Positions 1 through 9,579 of a DNA stretch of 32,000 bases are shown piece by piece. This DNA comes from Zymomonas mobilis subsp. mobilis ATCC 10988 (GTDB lineage: Bacteria > Pseudomonadota > Alphaproteobacteria > Sphingomonadales > Sphingomonadaceae). The stretch is from contig NC_017262.1 of assembly GCF_000175255.2 (NCBI RefSeq), positions 1,260,001-1,292,000 on the forward strand, written 5' to 3'. The notes beneath the pieces are model-generated. The model ran no database searches. It saw nothing but the letters and a program-made list of their open reading frames with translations, and was not told where the DNA came from. How positions within the stretch are numbered: position 1 is the stretch's first letter; every line of letters starts with the position of its first letter. The position numbers and the translations under genes were made by a program.

Positions 1-1
1 G

Positions 2-337
2 GCAGCCGAACCGTCTTCTTCTACCGCTACCACGCCCACTCATCCTGAATTTACAAAGCCGAAATGGAGTTGGAGCACTAGTCTCGTGCCGTCATCCCTA
101 CTTTTCTATACAGGAAATCTGTTTCCTGAATGGAAAGGCAATGCTTTTATCGGCGGTCTCGCTAGCCAAATGCTCGTCCGAATGGAGATAAAGGGCGACA
201 AAGTCCGTGAGGCAGATCGCTGGCCAATGGGGCATCCTGTTCGTGATGTCGCTCAAGGTTCCGATGGCGCTTTGTGGGTTCTGTATGATGACAACAAAGG
301 CGGAAAGCTCATCCGCTTGGCACCTCCGGGACGGTAA
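2..337 (+). CDS. PQQ-dependent aldose sugar dehydrogenase-like protein (YliI family), C-terminal fragment
   Basis: Open frame runs in from the left edge: AAEPSSSTATTPTHPEFTKPKWSWSTSLVPSSLLFYTGNLFPEWKGNAFIGGLASQMLVR...VRDVAQGSDGALWVLYDDNKGGKLIRLAP, a typical beta-propeller C-terminus. Confidence 0.8.
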   Translation, partial: AAEPSSSTATTPTHPEFTKPKWSWSTSLVPSSLLFYTGNLFPEWKGNAFIGGLASQMLVRMEIKGDKVREADRWPMGHPVRDVAQGSDGALWVLYDDNKGGKLIRLAPPGR

Positions 338-412
338 ATTTTGCGTGCGATCGCTATTCCATGATGAATAGGGATTGCTTCGATATTTTTAAAAAATTGG
401 GAATAAACTCAA

Positions 413-1240
413 ATGCTTTCTGCTGATGATAATAACCTGAAACGGATTGCGGATGCCTTGGAACGTCTGGCACCACCGCCAGCCGTATGGGCTGATCCGA
501 TGGCTTCACCGGCCTATATCTGGCGTGGTCAAAATTTAATCGCTGCCCGTTCTTTCAAACCTTTTCCGCTTGATTGCTTGACCGGAGTAGATAGCCAGAA
601 AAAAGCTTTGCTCGATAATACCGCAAGGCTGGCTAATCATCTGGCAGCCCATGACGTTTTGCTATGGGGTGCTAGAGGCAGCGGAAAATCAGCCTTATGC
701 AAATCCGTTGTTGGTGAACTTCAGAAAGAAGGCGCCGACTTAGCTTTGATCGAGGTCGCTGGCGAAAGAGTTGATACGCTACCAGAATTATTTGGCTATA
801 TTGCTGATCAACCGCGTAGTTTTGTTCTATTCGTTGACGATCTCGGCTTTGAAGAAGGTAGTTCAGCCCCTAGAATCTTACGTTCACTTTTAGAAGGGGG
901 GGCAGAGGCTCGTCCTGATAACGCGCGGCTTTATGTTACCGCCAATCGTCGTCATATCATTGCGCGCCAAGTACAGGATACTGCAGAATCCTTTACCCGT
1001 GACAGTCTTGATGACCAATTGGCTTTGGCTGATCGTTTTGGCCTTAATTTAGGTTTCCATGTTTGTGACCAGAGCAATTACCTCGAAATGATAAGAGGAT
1101 ATGCAGCGCGCTTCGGTTTAACGTTAGATGAAAACCATGCCTTGTCATGGGTGCGCTCTAGAAGCGGCCTTTCTGGTCGTATGGCATGGCAATATATTAT
1201 TGAAATTGCGGGTGAACAGGGGCGCAATATTACACTTTAA
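413..1240 (+). CDS. DUF815-family AAA ATPase
   Basis: 275-aa ORF with Walker A GARGSGKSALCK and Walker B FVLFVDDLGFE. Overall layout matches the DUF815 family. Confidence 0.85.
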   Translation: MLSADDNNLKRIADALERLAPPPAVWADPMASPAYIWRGQNLIAARSFKPFPLDCLTGVDSQKKALLDNTARLANHLAAHDVLLWGARGSGKSALCKSVVGELQKEGADLALIEVAGERVDTLPELFGYIADQPRSFVLFVDDLGFEEGSSAPRILRSLLEGGAEARPDNARLYVTANRRHIIARQVQDTAESFTRDSLDDQLALADRFGLNLGFHVCDQSNYLEMIRGYAARFGLTLDENHALSWVRSRSGLSGRMAWQYIIEIAGEQGRNITL

Positions 1241-1271
1241 AAGCTGATTTTTATCGGCAGATAATCCTTTG

Positions 1272-1308
1272 AGGAAGGGTATAGATATATCCATATCCTT
1301 CCTTTTTG
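1272..1308 (+). terminator. Probable intrinsic terminator after the DUF815 gene
   Basis: GGAAGGGTAT-agatatatcc-ATATCCTTCC followed by a T-run; one mismatch in the stem. Confidence 0.55.
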
Positions 1309-1403
1309 GTATTTTGATGCAATAAAATATTTATTTATGTAATTTTAGTATTTACTTCCCTTTATTAGAGGAATAAATTTTTATTTTTCACGAAGGGGGT
1401 AAT

Positions 1404-2552
1404 ATGAGTGAGGCCAATTTATTTCGTCGCCGCTTAATGCAGATGGCCGTAGGGGGTATTGTTGCTGCACCTTTCGTTCAGAAAAGCGCTCTATCAGCGG
1501 CAACGCCATTATCTTCTAATTCGTCTTTTGAAACGCCGGATAGCCTGCTTGGTGAAATGAGTGACGGCGTTTTTATCAATTATAATGAAAATCCCTTGGG
1601 TCCCTGCGCTAATGCGAGAGAGGCCTTGGCGAAAACAATTCCATTTAGTGGTCGCTATGGGATGAATTTTGCTGAAAATATTTCGAAAATTATCAGTCAG
1701 CAAGAAAATATTCCGGTCGATTATCTCCATTTTTTTGCGGGATCAACGGTTCCCCTTCACGCCGCCGCCATGGCTTTTTCTGATAAAGACCATGCCATTG
1801 CTTATCCGCTTCCTACTTTTGATATTTTTTTCAAAGCGCCGGACGGTAAAAATTTTGCGCCTCTAAAGCCGGTGCCGGTCAATGAGAAGCATCAAATTGA
1901 TGTCGCGGCTATGTTATCTGCGGCACCAGATGCCGGTCTTTACTATATTTGTAATCCAAATAATCCGACCGGTGTTGTTACGCCAATGCGCGACATAGAA
2001 TGGCTGCTCGCACATAAACCCGCTAATTCCGTTGTTTTGGTCGATGAAGCCTATATTCATTACAGCGATATGCCTTCGGCAATGTCCCTTGTTGCCCAGG
2101 GAAAAGATGTGGTCGTGCTTCGGACTTTCTCTAAAATTTACGGCTTGGCAGGGATGCGCCTTGGTTTTGCAGCCGCTCGCCCTGATTTGTTAGAGAAAAT
2201 AACCTATTTCGATACTAATAATCCCCCCATGCCGGCATTTGCTGCGGCTGAAGCCAGCCTTTTAGATGAAAAATTATTACCGGAGCGAAAGGCTTATAAC
2301 AAAGCGGTTCGAAATGATATTTTCGCTTGGCTCTCGAAACGAGGTTACAAATATACGCCGTCAGAGGCCTCTTTTTTTATGCTTCATGTTGGAAGACCGG
2401 GGCAACAAGTCACGGATGCTTTAAAAAAATATAAAATTTTTATTTCTGGAACTCGACCGCGCTATCCTGATTGGGTGCGCGTTTCCGTAGGTAGTTTTGC
2501 GGAAATGAATGCCTTTAAGGCGGCTTTTGAAAAGGTAATGGCCTCAGCTTAA
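1404..2552 (+). CDS. Class I/II PLP-dependent aminotransferase (histidinol-phosphate aminotransferase-like) with Tat-like signal peptide
   Basis: NYNENPLGPC, YYICNPNNPTGVV, VLVDEAYIHY and RTFSKIYGLAGMRLGF motifs; N-terminus MSEANLFRRRLMQMAVGGIVAAPFVQKSALSAA; G-rich RBS upstream. Confidence 0.85.
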   Translation: MSEANLFRRRLMQMAVGGIVAAPFVQKSALSAATPLSSNSSFETPDSLLGEMSDGVFINYNENPLGPCANAREALAKTIPFSGRYGMNFAENISKIISQQENIPVDYLHFFAGSTVPLHAAAMAFSDKDHAIAYPLPTFDIFFKAPDGKNFAPLKPVPVNEKHQIDVAAMLSAAPDAGLYYICNPNNPTGVVTPMRDIEWLLAHKPANSVVLVDEAYIHYSDMPSAMSLVAQGKDVVVLRTFSKIYGLAGMRLGFAAARPDLLEKITYFDTNNPPMPAFAAAEASLLDEKLLPERKAYNKAVRNDIFAWLSKRGYKYTPSEASFFMLHVGRPGQQVTDALKKYKIFISGTRPRYPDWVRVSVGSFAEMNAFKAAFEKVMASA

Positions 2553-2644
2553 GCGCCGGAATTCGGCATAATTCCCTGAAAAGACACTCTTTTGGATTAA
2601 ATTTTTATTCTTTTGTTATCGCCATATTTTTTCTGTTTCAAAAG

Positions 2645-2675
2645 AAAAGGCCTTGAAAATCAAGGCCTTTTCTTC
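2645..2675. terminator. Bidirectional intrinsic terminator between convergent genes
   Basis: GAAAAGGCCTTG-AAAA-TCAAGGCCTTTTC perfect hairpin with A/T tracts on both sides. Confidence 0.85.
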
Positions 2676-2694
2676 CATCGCTTTTCTTGTAGAG

Positions 2695-2997
2695 TTAGTT
2701 AGACCAGCTTTTTTCCATCTCATCTTTGATGAGACGGTGATGTTGGGTTGCTTCTTCGATGACCATTCGTAAAAAGCGCTCTGCAAAGTCAGGATTTAAT
2801 CCCGTTGATTCGGCTAACTGACGCAGCCGCTTGGCCTGTTCGGCTTCGCGGGCAAGATCTGCAGGAGGAAGTTGTTTTTCAGCCTTGTAATAACTGACAT
2901 CTGAAGTAATCTTGAATCTTTCTGCTAAAAGGCAGATGAGAGCCGTATCGATATTGTCAATACTTTTGCGATAGCGCTGCAACCGATCATTGGGCAT
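2695..2997 (-). CDS. Chorismate mutase (AroQ-type)
   Basis: 100-aa ORF: LQRYRKSIDNIDTALICLLAERFKITSDVSYYKAEKQLPPADLAREAEQAKRL..., typical all-helical AroQ chorismate mutase. Confidence 0.8.
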   Translation of the reverse strand: MPNDRLQRYRKSIDNIDTALICLLAERFKITSDVSYYKAEKQLPPADLAREAEQAKRLRQLAESTGLNPDFAERFLRMVIEEATQHHRLIKDEMEKSWSN

Positions 2998-3112
2998 AAA
3001 TGAAAATCCTTAGTTATCGAAGCGATGGAGGTATCTTTTTGACGGTTGCAAACAAGTTGAGCAAGTGTCAACGCTTGTATTTCTTCATGCTTCACAGTGT
3101 AGTCTTTTCAGC

Positions 3113-4126
3113 ATGACCGCCATCAATTCTGCCACAGATCGAAATCAGGCGGCCTCTTTGAAGCCGTTAATGCATCTGGTCGCCTCTGATATGCAGGCTG
3201 TAAACCAAGTCATTCTTGACCGGATGCAAAGCGAAGTTCCCCTTATCCCTGAATTGGCAGGCCACCTTATTTCCAGCGGCGGGAAAAGAATGCGGCCTAT
3301 GCTGATGCTGGCCTGTTCCCGTTTGATAGGCGAACCGCGTGATATTCATTATAAATTAGCGGCTGCTATCGAATTTATTCACACGGCAACTTTGTTGCAT
3401 GACGATGTTGTGGATCATAGCGATTTACGGCGAGGCAAGCGGACGGCCAATAATATTTGGGGCAATGGGCCCACTGTTTTGGTTGGCGACTTTCTCCTAA
3501 GCCGCGCTTTTGAAATGATGGTTGAATCCGGCTCACTACGGGCGCTTGAAATTCTGTCTAATGCGGCGGCAATTATTACCCAAGGTGAGGTGGATCAGCT
3601 TGTTTCTCAATATCAGGTGGAAACAGACGAAGCGCGTTATCTGTCTATTATTGGTGCAAAAACGGCTGTCTTATTTGCGGCATCCTGTCGGATCGCAGCG
3701 GTCATGGCGGGCTGTTCGAAAGATAAAGAACAAAGTCTTGCCGATTATGGTCAGTATTTAGGTATCGCCTTCCAGCTAACCGATGATGCTATTGATTATA
3801 TGTCGGATAGCCAGACCATGGGTAAGGGTGTCGGCGATGATTTCCGCGACGGGAAAGTGACCCTTCCGGTCATTCTAGCCTATCAGCGGGGTGAAAAGGC
3901 TGACCGCGATTTCTGGCGTGAAGCTATAGAAGGCCGCCGCGTCGCTGACAGTGATCTTGATATTGCCAAAATTCTATTGGTAAATACGGATGCCTTGTCG
4001 GACACCTTGGAACGCGCTCGTCTTTATGGTGAAAAAGCTATCCAGTCTTTGAAGGCTTTTCCTGACGGTGCAGTGAAAGAGGCGTTGATAGAAGCCGTCG
4101 AATTTACAATCGCCCGCGCTTATTAA
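3113..4126 (+). CDS. ispB: Polyprenyl (octaprenyl-type) diphosphate synthase
   Basis: GGKRMRPMLML, LLHDDVVDHSDLRRGKRTAN and GIAFQLTDDAIDY DDxxD-type motifs. Track ORF opens at 3065; MTAINSATDRN at 3113 is the likelier start. Confidence 0.88.
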   Translation: MTAINSATDRNQAASLKPLMHLVASDMQAVNQVILDRMQSEVPLIPELAGHLISSGGKRMRPMLMLACSRLIGEPRDIHYKLAAAIEFIHTATLLHDDVVDHSDLRRGKRTANNIWGNGPTVLVGDFLLSRAFEMMVESGSLRALEILSNAAAIITQGEVDQLVSQYQVETDEARYLSIIGAKTAVLFAASCRIAAVMAGCSKDKEQSLADYGQYLGIAFQLTDDAIDYMSDSQTMGKGVGDDFRDGKVTLPVILAYQRGEKADRDFWREAIEGRRVADSDLDIAKILLVNTDALSDTLERARLYGEKAIQSLKAFPDGAVKEALIEAVEFTIARAY

Positions 4127-4167
4127 AAGAAGGACGAATAATTTCTGATAACCGTAAAGCCTTCTCT

Positions 4168-6681
4168 ATGTTGAAGAATAATGCCCTTCTGAAAGAATTG
4201 CCGGTTTCTTCTATTTTTGAGCCATTGGCTGAAACACTCAGAAATCGAAGCAATGCGGTTATCATAGCACCTCCGGGGTCAGGTAAAACAACGGCGATTG
4301 CACCGATTTTGTTACAAGAAGATTGGTGCCAAGGGCAGATTATCCTGCTTTCGCCGCGTCGCTTGGCAGCCAAGGCAGCCGCTGAACGCATCGCGCAAAT
4401 AATGGGGGAACCTGTCGGCCAGACGGTCGGATATCTGACCAGAATGGAATCGCAACGGTCAGATAAAAGCCGCATCTTGGTCGTGACCCAAGGGATATTT
4501 CGCCATCAGATTCAACAAGACCCTGAATTACCGAATATCTCGGCAGTTTTATTTGACGAAGTTCACGAAAGAAGCCTTGATAGCGATTTTTCCTTAGCTT
4601 TGGCCTTGGATGTGCAATCTGCTTTGCGCCCTGACTTACGATTGATCGCAATGTCGGCAACCATGGACGGGACACGCTTTTCCGATCTCATGGCAGAAGA
4701 GGGCGCTGGTAAAGCGTCTCTTCTTGAAAGCCAAGGGCGATGTTATCCCTTACATTATTACTATGAAGGCCGCCGTCCTGATCTTTCAATTGAGCAGAAT
4801 ATGGCGACTGTTATTCGTCGGGCTTTACTCGAAAATGACGGCGGTATTCTCGCTTTTTTACCGGGTATCGCCGAGATAGAACGCACTGCGGCTTTATTGG
4901 AAAATCTACCTTCCAATATCCTGCTCTATCGTTTGCATAGTTCAGTTGATTTTCGGGAACAGCATGCGGCTATTCAGGCCGTGCCAAAAGGATATCGCAA
5001 AATTGTTCTGGCCAGTGCGATTGCTGAAACCAGCCTAACATTGGATGGTATCCGCATCGTTGTTGATTCCGGTTTGACAAGACGGGCGCGTTACGATCGT
5101 CAATCAGGTTTAACGCGATTGGTTACTGAACGCGTCAGTCGGGCATCGGCTGAACAGCGCGCCGGTCGTGCTGGTCGGCAAGATGTCGGTTATGTCTGGC
5201 GATTATGGGAAGAAGCTGCCCAAGTCGGTTTGTCACCTTACGATCCTCCTGAAATAACAGAAGCCGATTTGTCGGCTTTGACATTGGATTGTGCTTTATG
5301 GGGGGTAACACCAAATCAATTACGTTGGATTGATTCCCCACCGGAAAAAGCGATAGAAGAAGCCTATAAACGCTTGGAAAATTTACAGGCGACTTCTTCC
5401 GATAAGCGTCCTTTGCCGCATGGCCGTGATCTGGCAGCTTTCCCAATGCCGTTACCTTTTGGTCATATGATATTGAAGGCAAAGGCAAAGGGCTGGGGGG
5501 CTTTGGCCGTTGATGTTGCCGTTTTGCTTTCCGAGCGCGGCATCGGCGGCATGGATATTGACATCGAAAACCGTCTCAATCGTTTTTATCGTGAAAAAAC
5601 ACTCCGATCACAAAAAGCACGTCAACTTGCCAATCGATGGAGAAAACAGGTCGGGTTAACCGTTTCCTCCAAAAGGGACGTGATCGAGATGGGCGATGTC
5701 GGGGCTTGCGTGGCTTTGGCTTTTCCTGATCGTGTCGCAAAAAGGCGTGATGCCAAAGGCGAACAATGGATTTCCGCTGGCGGCAGGGGGTTCCGACTAG
5801 ATCCGTTATCGCCTTTGGCACAAAGTGAATGGTTAGCCGTGGCCGAGGCGCAAGGCTCGGCACAATCGGCACGTATTCTGTCAGCTGCAACTTTAACGAC
5901 AGAGCAAATCAACGCTCTTTTTTCTGAAAAGATAGTGGTTGAACAAAATGTCCGTTTTAATTTTGCAACCAAATCTGTTGAAACCGAACGCCTACAGCGA
6001 TTGGGTGCCATTATTCTATCACGGGGACAGGATGATTCCCCTGATGAAGAAGCAATCGCATCGGCTCTGATGGCGGCTGTCCAGCAATATGGTCTTGATA
6101 TTTTACCGTGGTCGGATGCAGCTTTAGCTTTGCAGGAAAGATGGGCTTTCGTGGCAGCACATCAATCAGAAGGGGGAGCCTTTTCTGATGGCGGCTTAAG
6201 TGATGATACCCTTTTGTCTAAAGTCGATGAATGGCTTTATCCTTTGCTGTTGGGATGCCGTCGTTTGGATCAGATAAAGGCGTCTGACCTGACACAGGCC
6301 TTAGAAAATATACTGGGATGGCAAGGTAAACAGCAGCTCGATCAATGGGTTCCGGCTAGATTGATTACGCCTGCCGGTAGTAGTCATGTCATTGATTACA
6401 AAGCAGACGGTGGGCCCGCGGTTGAAGTCCGTCCGCAGGCTCTATTTGGGATGAAAAAGCATCCAATGCTTTTAAATGGTCGGGTGGCTTTGGTGTTAAG
6501 ACTGGTTTCTCCTGCCGGTAGGCCTATCCAGACAACCCAAAATTTAACTGATTTTTGGGCGGGTAGTTGGAATATGATTGCGAAAGAAATGCGCGGTCGA
6601 TATCCACGCCACCCTTGGCCAGAAGACCCCGCCTCAGCAGAACCTACCTTAAGAACACAAAAAGGCCGAAAAATAAGCTAA
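4168..6681 (+). CDS. hrpB: ATP-dependent RNA helicase HrpB
   Basis: 837-aa DEAH helicase: APPGSGKTTAIAP, DEVHERS, SATMDG, SSIAETSLT.., QRAGRAGR, and the HrpB C-terminal domain. Confidence 0.92.
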   Translation: MLKNNALLKELPVSSIFEPLAETLRNRSNAVIIAPPGSGKTTAIAPILLQEDWCQGQIILLSPRRLAAKAAAERIAQIMGEPVGQTVGYLTRMESQRSDKSRILVVTQGIFRHQIQQDPELPNISAVLFDEVHERSLDSDFSLALALDVQSALRPDLRLIAMSATMDGTRFSDLMAEEGAGKASLLESQGRCYPLHYYYEGRRPDLSIEQNMATVIRRALLENDGGILAFLPGIAEIERTAALLENLPSNILLYRLHSSVDFREQHAAIQAVPKGYRKIVLASAIAETSLTLDGIRIVVDSGLTRRARYDRQSGLTRLVTERVSRASAEQRAGRAGRQDVGYVWRLWEEAAQVGLSPYDPPEITEADLSALTLDCALWGVTPNQLRWIDSPPEKAIEEAYKRLENLQATSSDKRPLPHGRDLAAFPMPLPFGHMILKAKAKGWGALAVDVAVLLSERGIGGMDIDIENRLNRFYREKTLRSQKARQLANRWRKQVGLTVSSKRDVIEMGDVGACVALAFPDRVAKRRDAKGEQWISAGGRGFRLDPLSPLAQSEWLAVAEAQGSAQSARILSAATLTTEQINALFSEKIVVEQNVRFNFATKSVETERLQRLGAIILSRGQDDSPDEEAIASALMAAVQQYGLDILPWSDAALALQERWAFVAAHQSEGGAFSDGGLSDDTLLSKVDEWLYPLLLGCRRLDQIKASDLTQALENILGWQGKQQLDQWVPARLITPAGSSHVIDYKADGGPAVEVRPQALFGMKKHPMLLNGRVALVLRLVSPAGRPIQTTQNLTDFWAGSWNMIAKEMRGRYPRHPWPEDPASAEPTLRTQKGRKIS

Positions 6682-6806
6682 TGTTTAACAGTAGATTTAA
6701 TGAATTGTTGTTTATGACGGCCTTTTCTAGCCGTTACCACCAAGTGCCCATCAAAATAGGTCAGACAGAAACCCTCTTCCCGAAGGAAGAGGACACAAAA
6801 TAAGAT

Positions 6807-7486
6807 TTAGTCGATAATAATATCGCAAACACTTTGTGGATGGCCTTTGGTTGTTCCCCAGACGTGATCGGCAAAGACATGCCCCTGTCCTGTATAGCGC
6901 GCACCTGTATTATGGACAGGCGTAAAATAATGGCTTGGCCACAATGTATAGTTATATTGCGGATTTTCTTGGTGGATTTCTGTTACCAATCTGGGACCTG
7001 TGATATGGCATGGCCAACCATCAGTAATAGATTCTCGATTGTGAATACGCTCTATCAGCTTTGCCATAAATTCTTGCTGCGGCGCAGCAGCCATCACATT
7101 ATTGCCAATGAGTCCGGGACGCATCTGCTCATGTTCCCAACCTAAACAGATATCACTATCAAACAGCCAATCTTCTAGAGGACGGATACAGTAGCAGTCG
7201 GCATCTACATAAAAACCACCTTCAATAAACAGGATTTCATAGCGCATCATATCGCTAACCCCGTCTAACCGCCCGCATTCTAACAGAGTTTTTATATGTT
7301 TGGCATTATACCAATTATGATTGGCTAGAATGTCGTTGCCCCAGACCTTTACTTCCCAATCAGGATTTTGATCAACCCAGCTATTGATAAAATGATTAGG
7401 ACGTTTGCTCTCATCTCCAACCCAAATGACATGAATAACTTTGGGGATAGAAATCCCCCCCTATTAAATCCGTATTTGTCAACCAT
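6807..7486 (-). pseudogene. GT32-like (sugar-binding DXD) glycosyltransferase, out of frame with its apparent start because of a 7-G tract
   Basis: Track ORF 7250..6807 contains MMRYEILFIEGGFYVDADCYCIRPL. The same frame extends upstream to 7460 with IPKVIHVIWVGDESKRPNHFINSWVDQNPDWEVKVWGND, but has no ATG/GTG/TTG before TAG at 7463-7461. ATG at 7486 is one frame off; an 8th G would join them. Confidence 0.75.
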
Positions 7487-8726
7487 AATTTTTCTTTTTA
7501 TTTATAATTAATACAATTAAAGGTTATATATTTTGTGAATATTATTCAATATGCATAAAAATAAAATTATAAATGATAGTATATCTTCTCTTATTTTATA
7601 GATAGCGCATGACGGCGAATAAGAATGGTCGAGAAAATAGTGGCAATAGCCAATAAACAGGATGTGTAGGCGATCAGTCTTGGCCAGCCGCCAGATGTCC
7701 AGAATACGCCACCCAAAGAACCGAAAATGCTAGAACCCATATAATAGCATAAAAGGTAAAGCGATGTCGCATGGCCTTTATTTTGGCGCGCTAGCTGCCC
7801 GACCCAACCACTGGCGACAGAATGGATAGTGAAGAATCCGGTGGTGAAGATAAGAATGCCACAAACCATCAAAAGTAGATGGTTGCTCAGTGTCAACCAC
7901 ATACCGGAAAGCATAATAGCAATACCGGCAATAAGAACAGGCCCTCGGCCTATCCTGTCTGACCATGAACCGGCGGCAGGGGAAGCCATCATCCCCGAAA
8001 TATAAGACAGAAAGATAAAGCTGATTTGCGAAGATGACAGCGAGAAGGGCGGTAATACCAAACGGAAATCAATAAAATTGAAAATTGTGATAAAGCTACC
8101 AACCGCAAGCCCTCCAATGCCGAAAAGCAAAAACATATCGGGGCGGGTGATGTGCTGTGACCATGCTTTGGCATGATATTTCACATCAAAACGCGTTCTT
8201 TTGATAAAGTTTTTGGAAGTGGGCAGACATAATCCAAAAATGATAGCTGCCAGCAGGTCAACAGTTCCAAGAATTCTAAGCGCCATTTGCCAGCTTGTGA
8301 ATTCAGTCATAATACCTACGGCAACACGGCCAAACATACCACCGAAAGCTGTTCCACCAACATAAATGCCCATGGCATAGCCCAAATTCTTGGGATGTAT
8401 TTCTTCCGATAGATACGCCATGGCGACAGCAGGAACCCCGCCAAGGACGAATCCCTCACAAGCGCGCGCAATCAGAAAGACATTCCATGACGGTAAAAAG
8501 GCCGCAAAAATATTCATGAAAGAGGCTGAAGCCATCGAAAAGAACATAATGCCTTTTCGCCCCAAACTTTCAGCCGTTGCTCCTGAACAGAAGATAGAAA
8601 CGGCAAGAAAACCGGTTGTCAGCGAAATTGCAAAAGAACTCTCTGTAACGCTTACATGGAAATAACGGGTTAATTCAGGCAGAATAGGCTGAACACAATA
8701 TAAAAGAGAAAAGGTAATGAAGCCGA

Positions 8727-9505
8727 CTAGGTTTTGTTGACAAAGGAAGGTAACCACAATTTTACGGCCGCGAGATGAAGGAAGGCGAGAAAAGATTTTC
8801 TGGTTTTGTCATAACGTGTGGCAATGCGCCTGAACCGCTTCAACTTATTGAACATCCGCTCAATACAATGACGATCTTTGTAGTGCTGGAGATTATAAGG
8901 AATAGGCTTTTTTCGATTGGAACGAGGCGGGATAACAGGAAGGATGCCTCGAAAAAGCTGTTTTTCGCGTAACCTATCGCTATCATATCCTTTATCCGCG
9001 AGAAAACAGTGGGGTGTTGTCACAGGGATATCTATCAAGCTATCAGCGCCAGAATAATCAGAGACCTCACCACCGGTTAGTGCGAAAGCTAGAGGGCGGC
9101 CTTGACCATCGGAACGGGCGTGGATCTTGCTCGTAAAGCCTCCGCAGCTTTGACCAAAGCCTTCCTTATGCGTCCCCCTTTTGCGCCAGCCGCTTGGCTG
9201 TGGGCGCGAATAATCGTGCTATCTATCATATGTTGCCAGTCATCTGTCAGGCCAAGGTCAACCAGGGTTTCAAGAAGAGCGTCCCACACACCCTGTTCTG
9301 CCCACCTACGAAACCGAACATAGACCGAATTCCATTTCCCATAACGTTCATGCATATCTCGCCACGGGCAGCCTGTTCGAAGCACATAAAGCATACCATT
9401 GAGAAATAACCGATTACTTTTGGCGGGACGCACGCAGCGGCCTCGTTCGCTTGGAAGAAGACCCTGTATTATCTCCCACTCCGCGTCCGTCAGATCTCCT
9501 CGCAT
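8727..9505 (-). CDS. IS5-family transposase encoded by two overlapping frames (probable -1 frameshift)
   Basis: ORF1 9505..9089 MRGDLTDAEWEIIQGLLPSERG...DSTIIRAHSQAAGAKGG; the other frame reads THKEGFGQSCGGFTSKIHARSDGQGRPLAFALTGGEVSDYSGAD...CFLADKGYDSD...RHCIERMFNKLKRFRRIATRYDK. Confidence 0.87.
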
Positions 9506-9579
9506 CTCTATCTACCCTACAAAACTTGTCCTCAAGTTATCTCTAAAAATCTTAAATTATACCCTTTGTCAACAGAACC
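8730..9579 (-). mobile_element. IS5-family (IS427-like) insertion sequence, about 848-850 bp
   Basis: Imperfect TIRs GGTTTTGTTGACAAAGG (left) and GGTTCTGTTGACAAAGG (right, reverse complement), flanked by CTAG at 8727-8730 and 9579-9582. TSD could be TA or CTAG, so ends are ambiguous by 1 bp. Confidence 0.9.

Noticed and set aside
3050-3112. TTGAC...GTCAA operator-like inverted repeat between the chorismate mutase and ispB genes
   Set aside because: Arms are only 5 bp and widely spaced, so this is expected by chance.
5135-6011. Antisense ORFs of 104-129 aa opposite hrpB
   Set aside because: They lie wholly inside a clear HrpB coding sequence, have no recognisable domains, and look like a by-product of codon composition.
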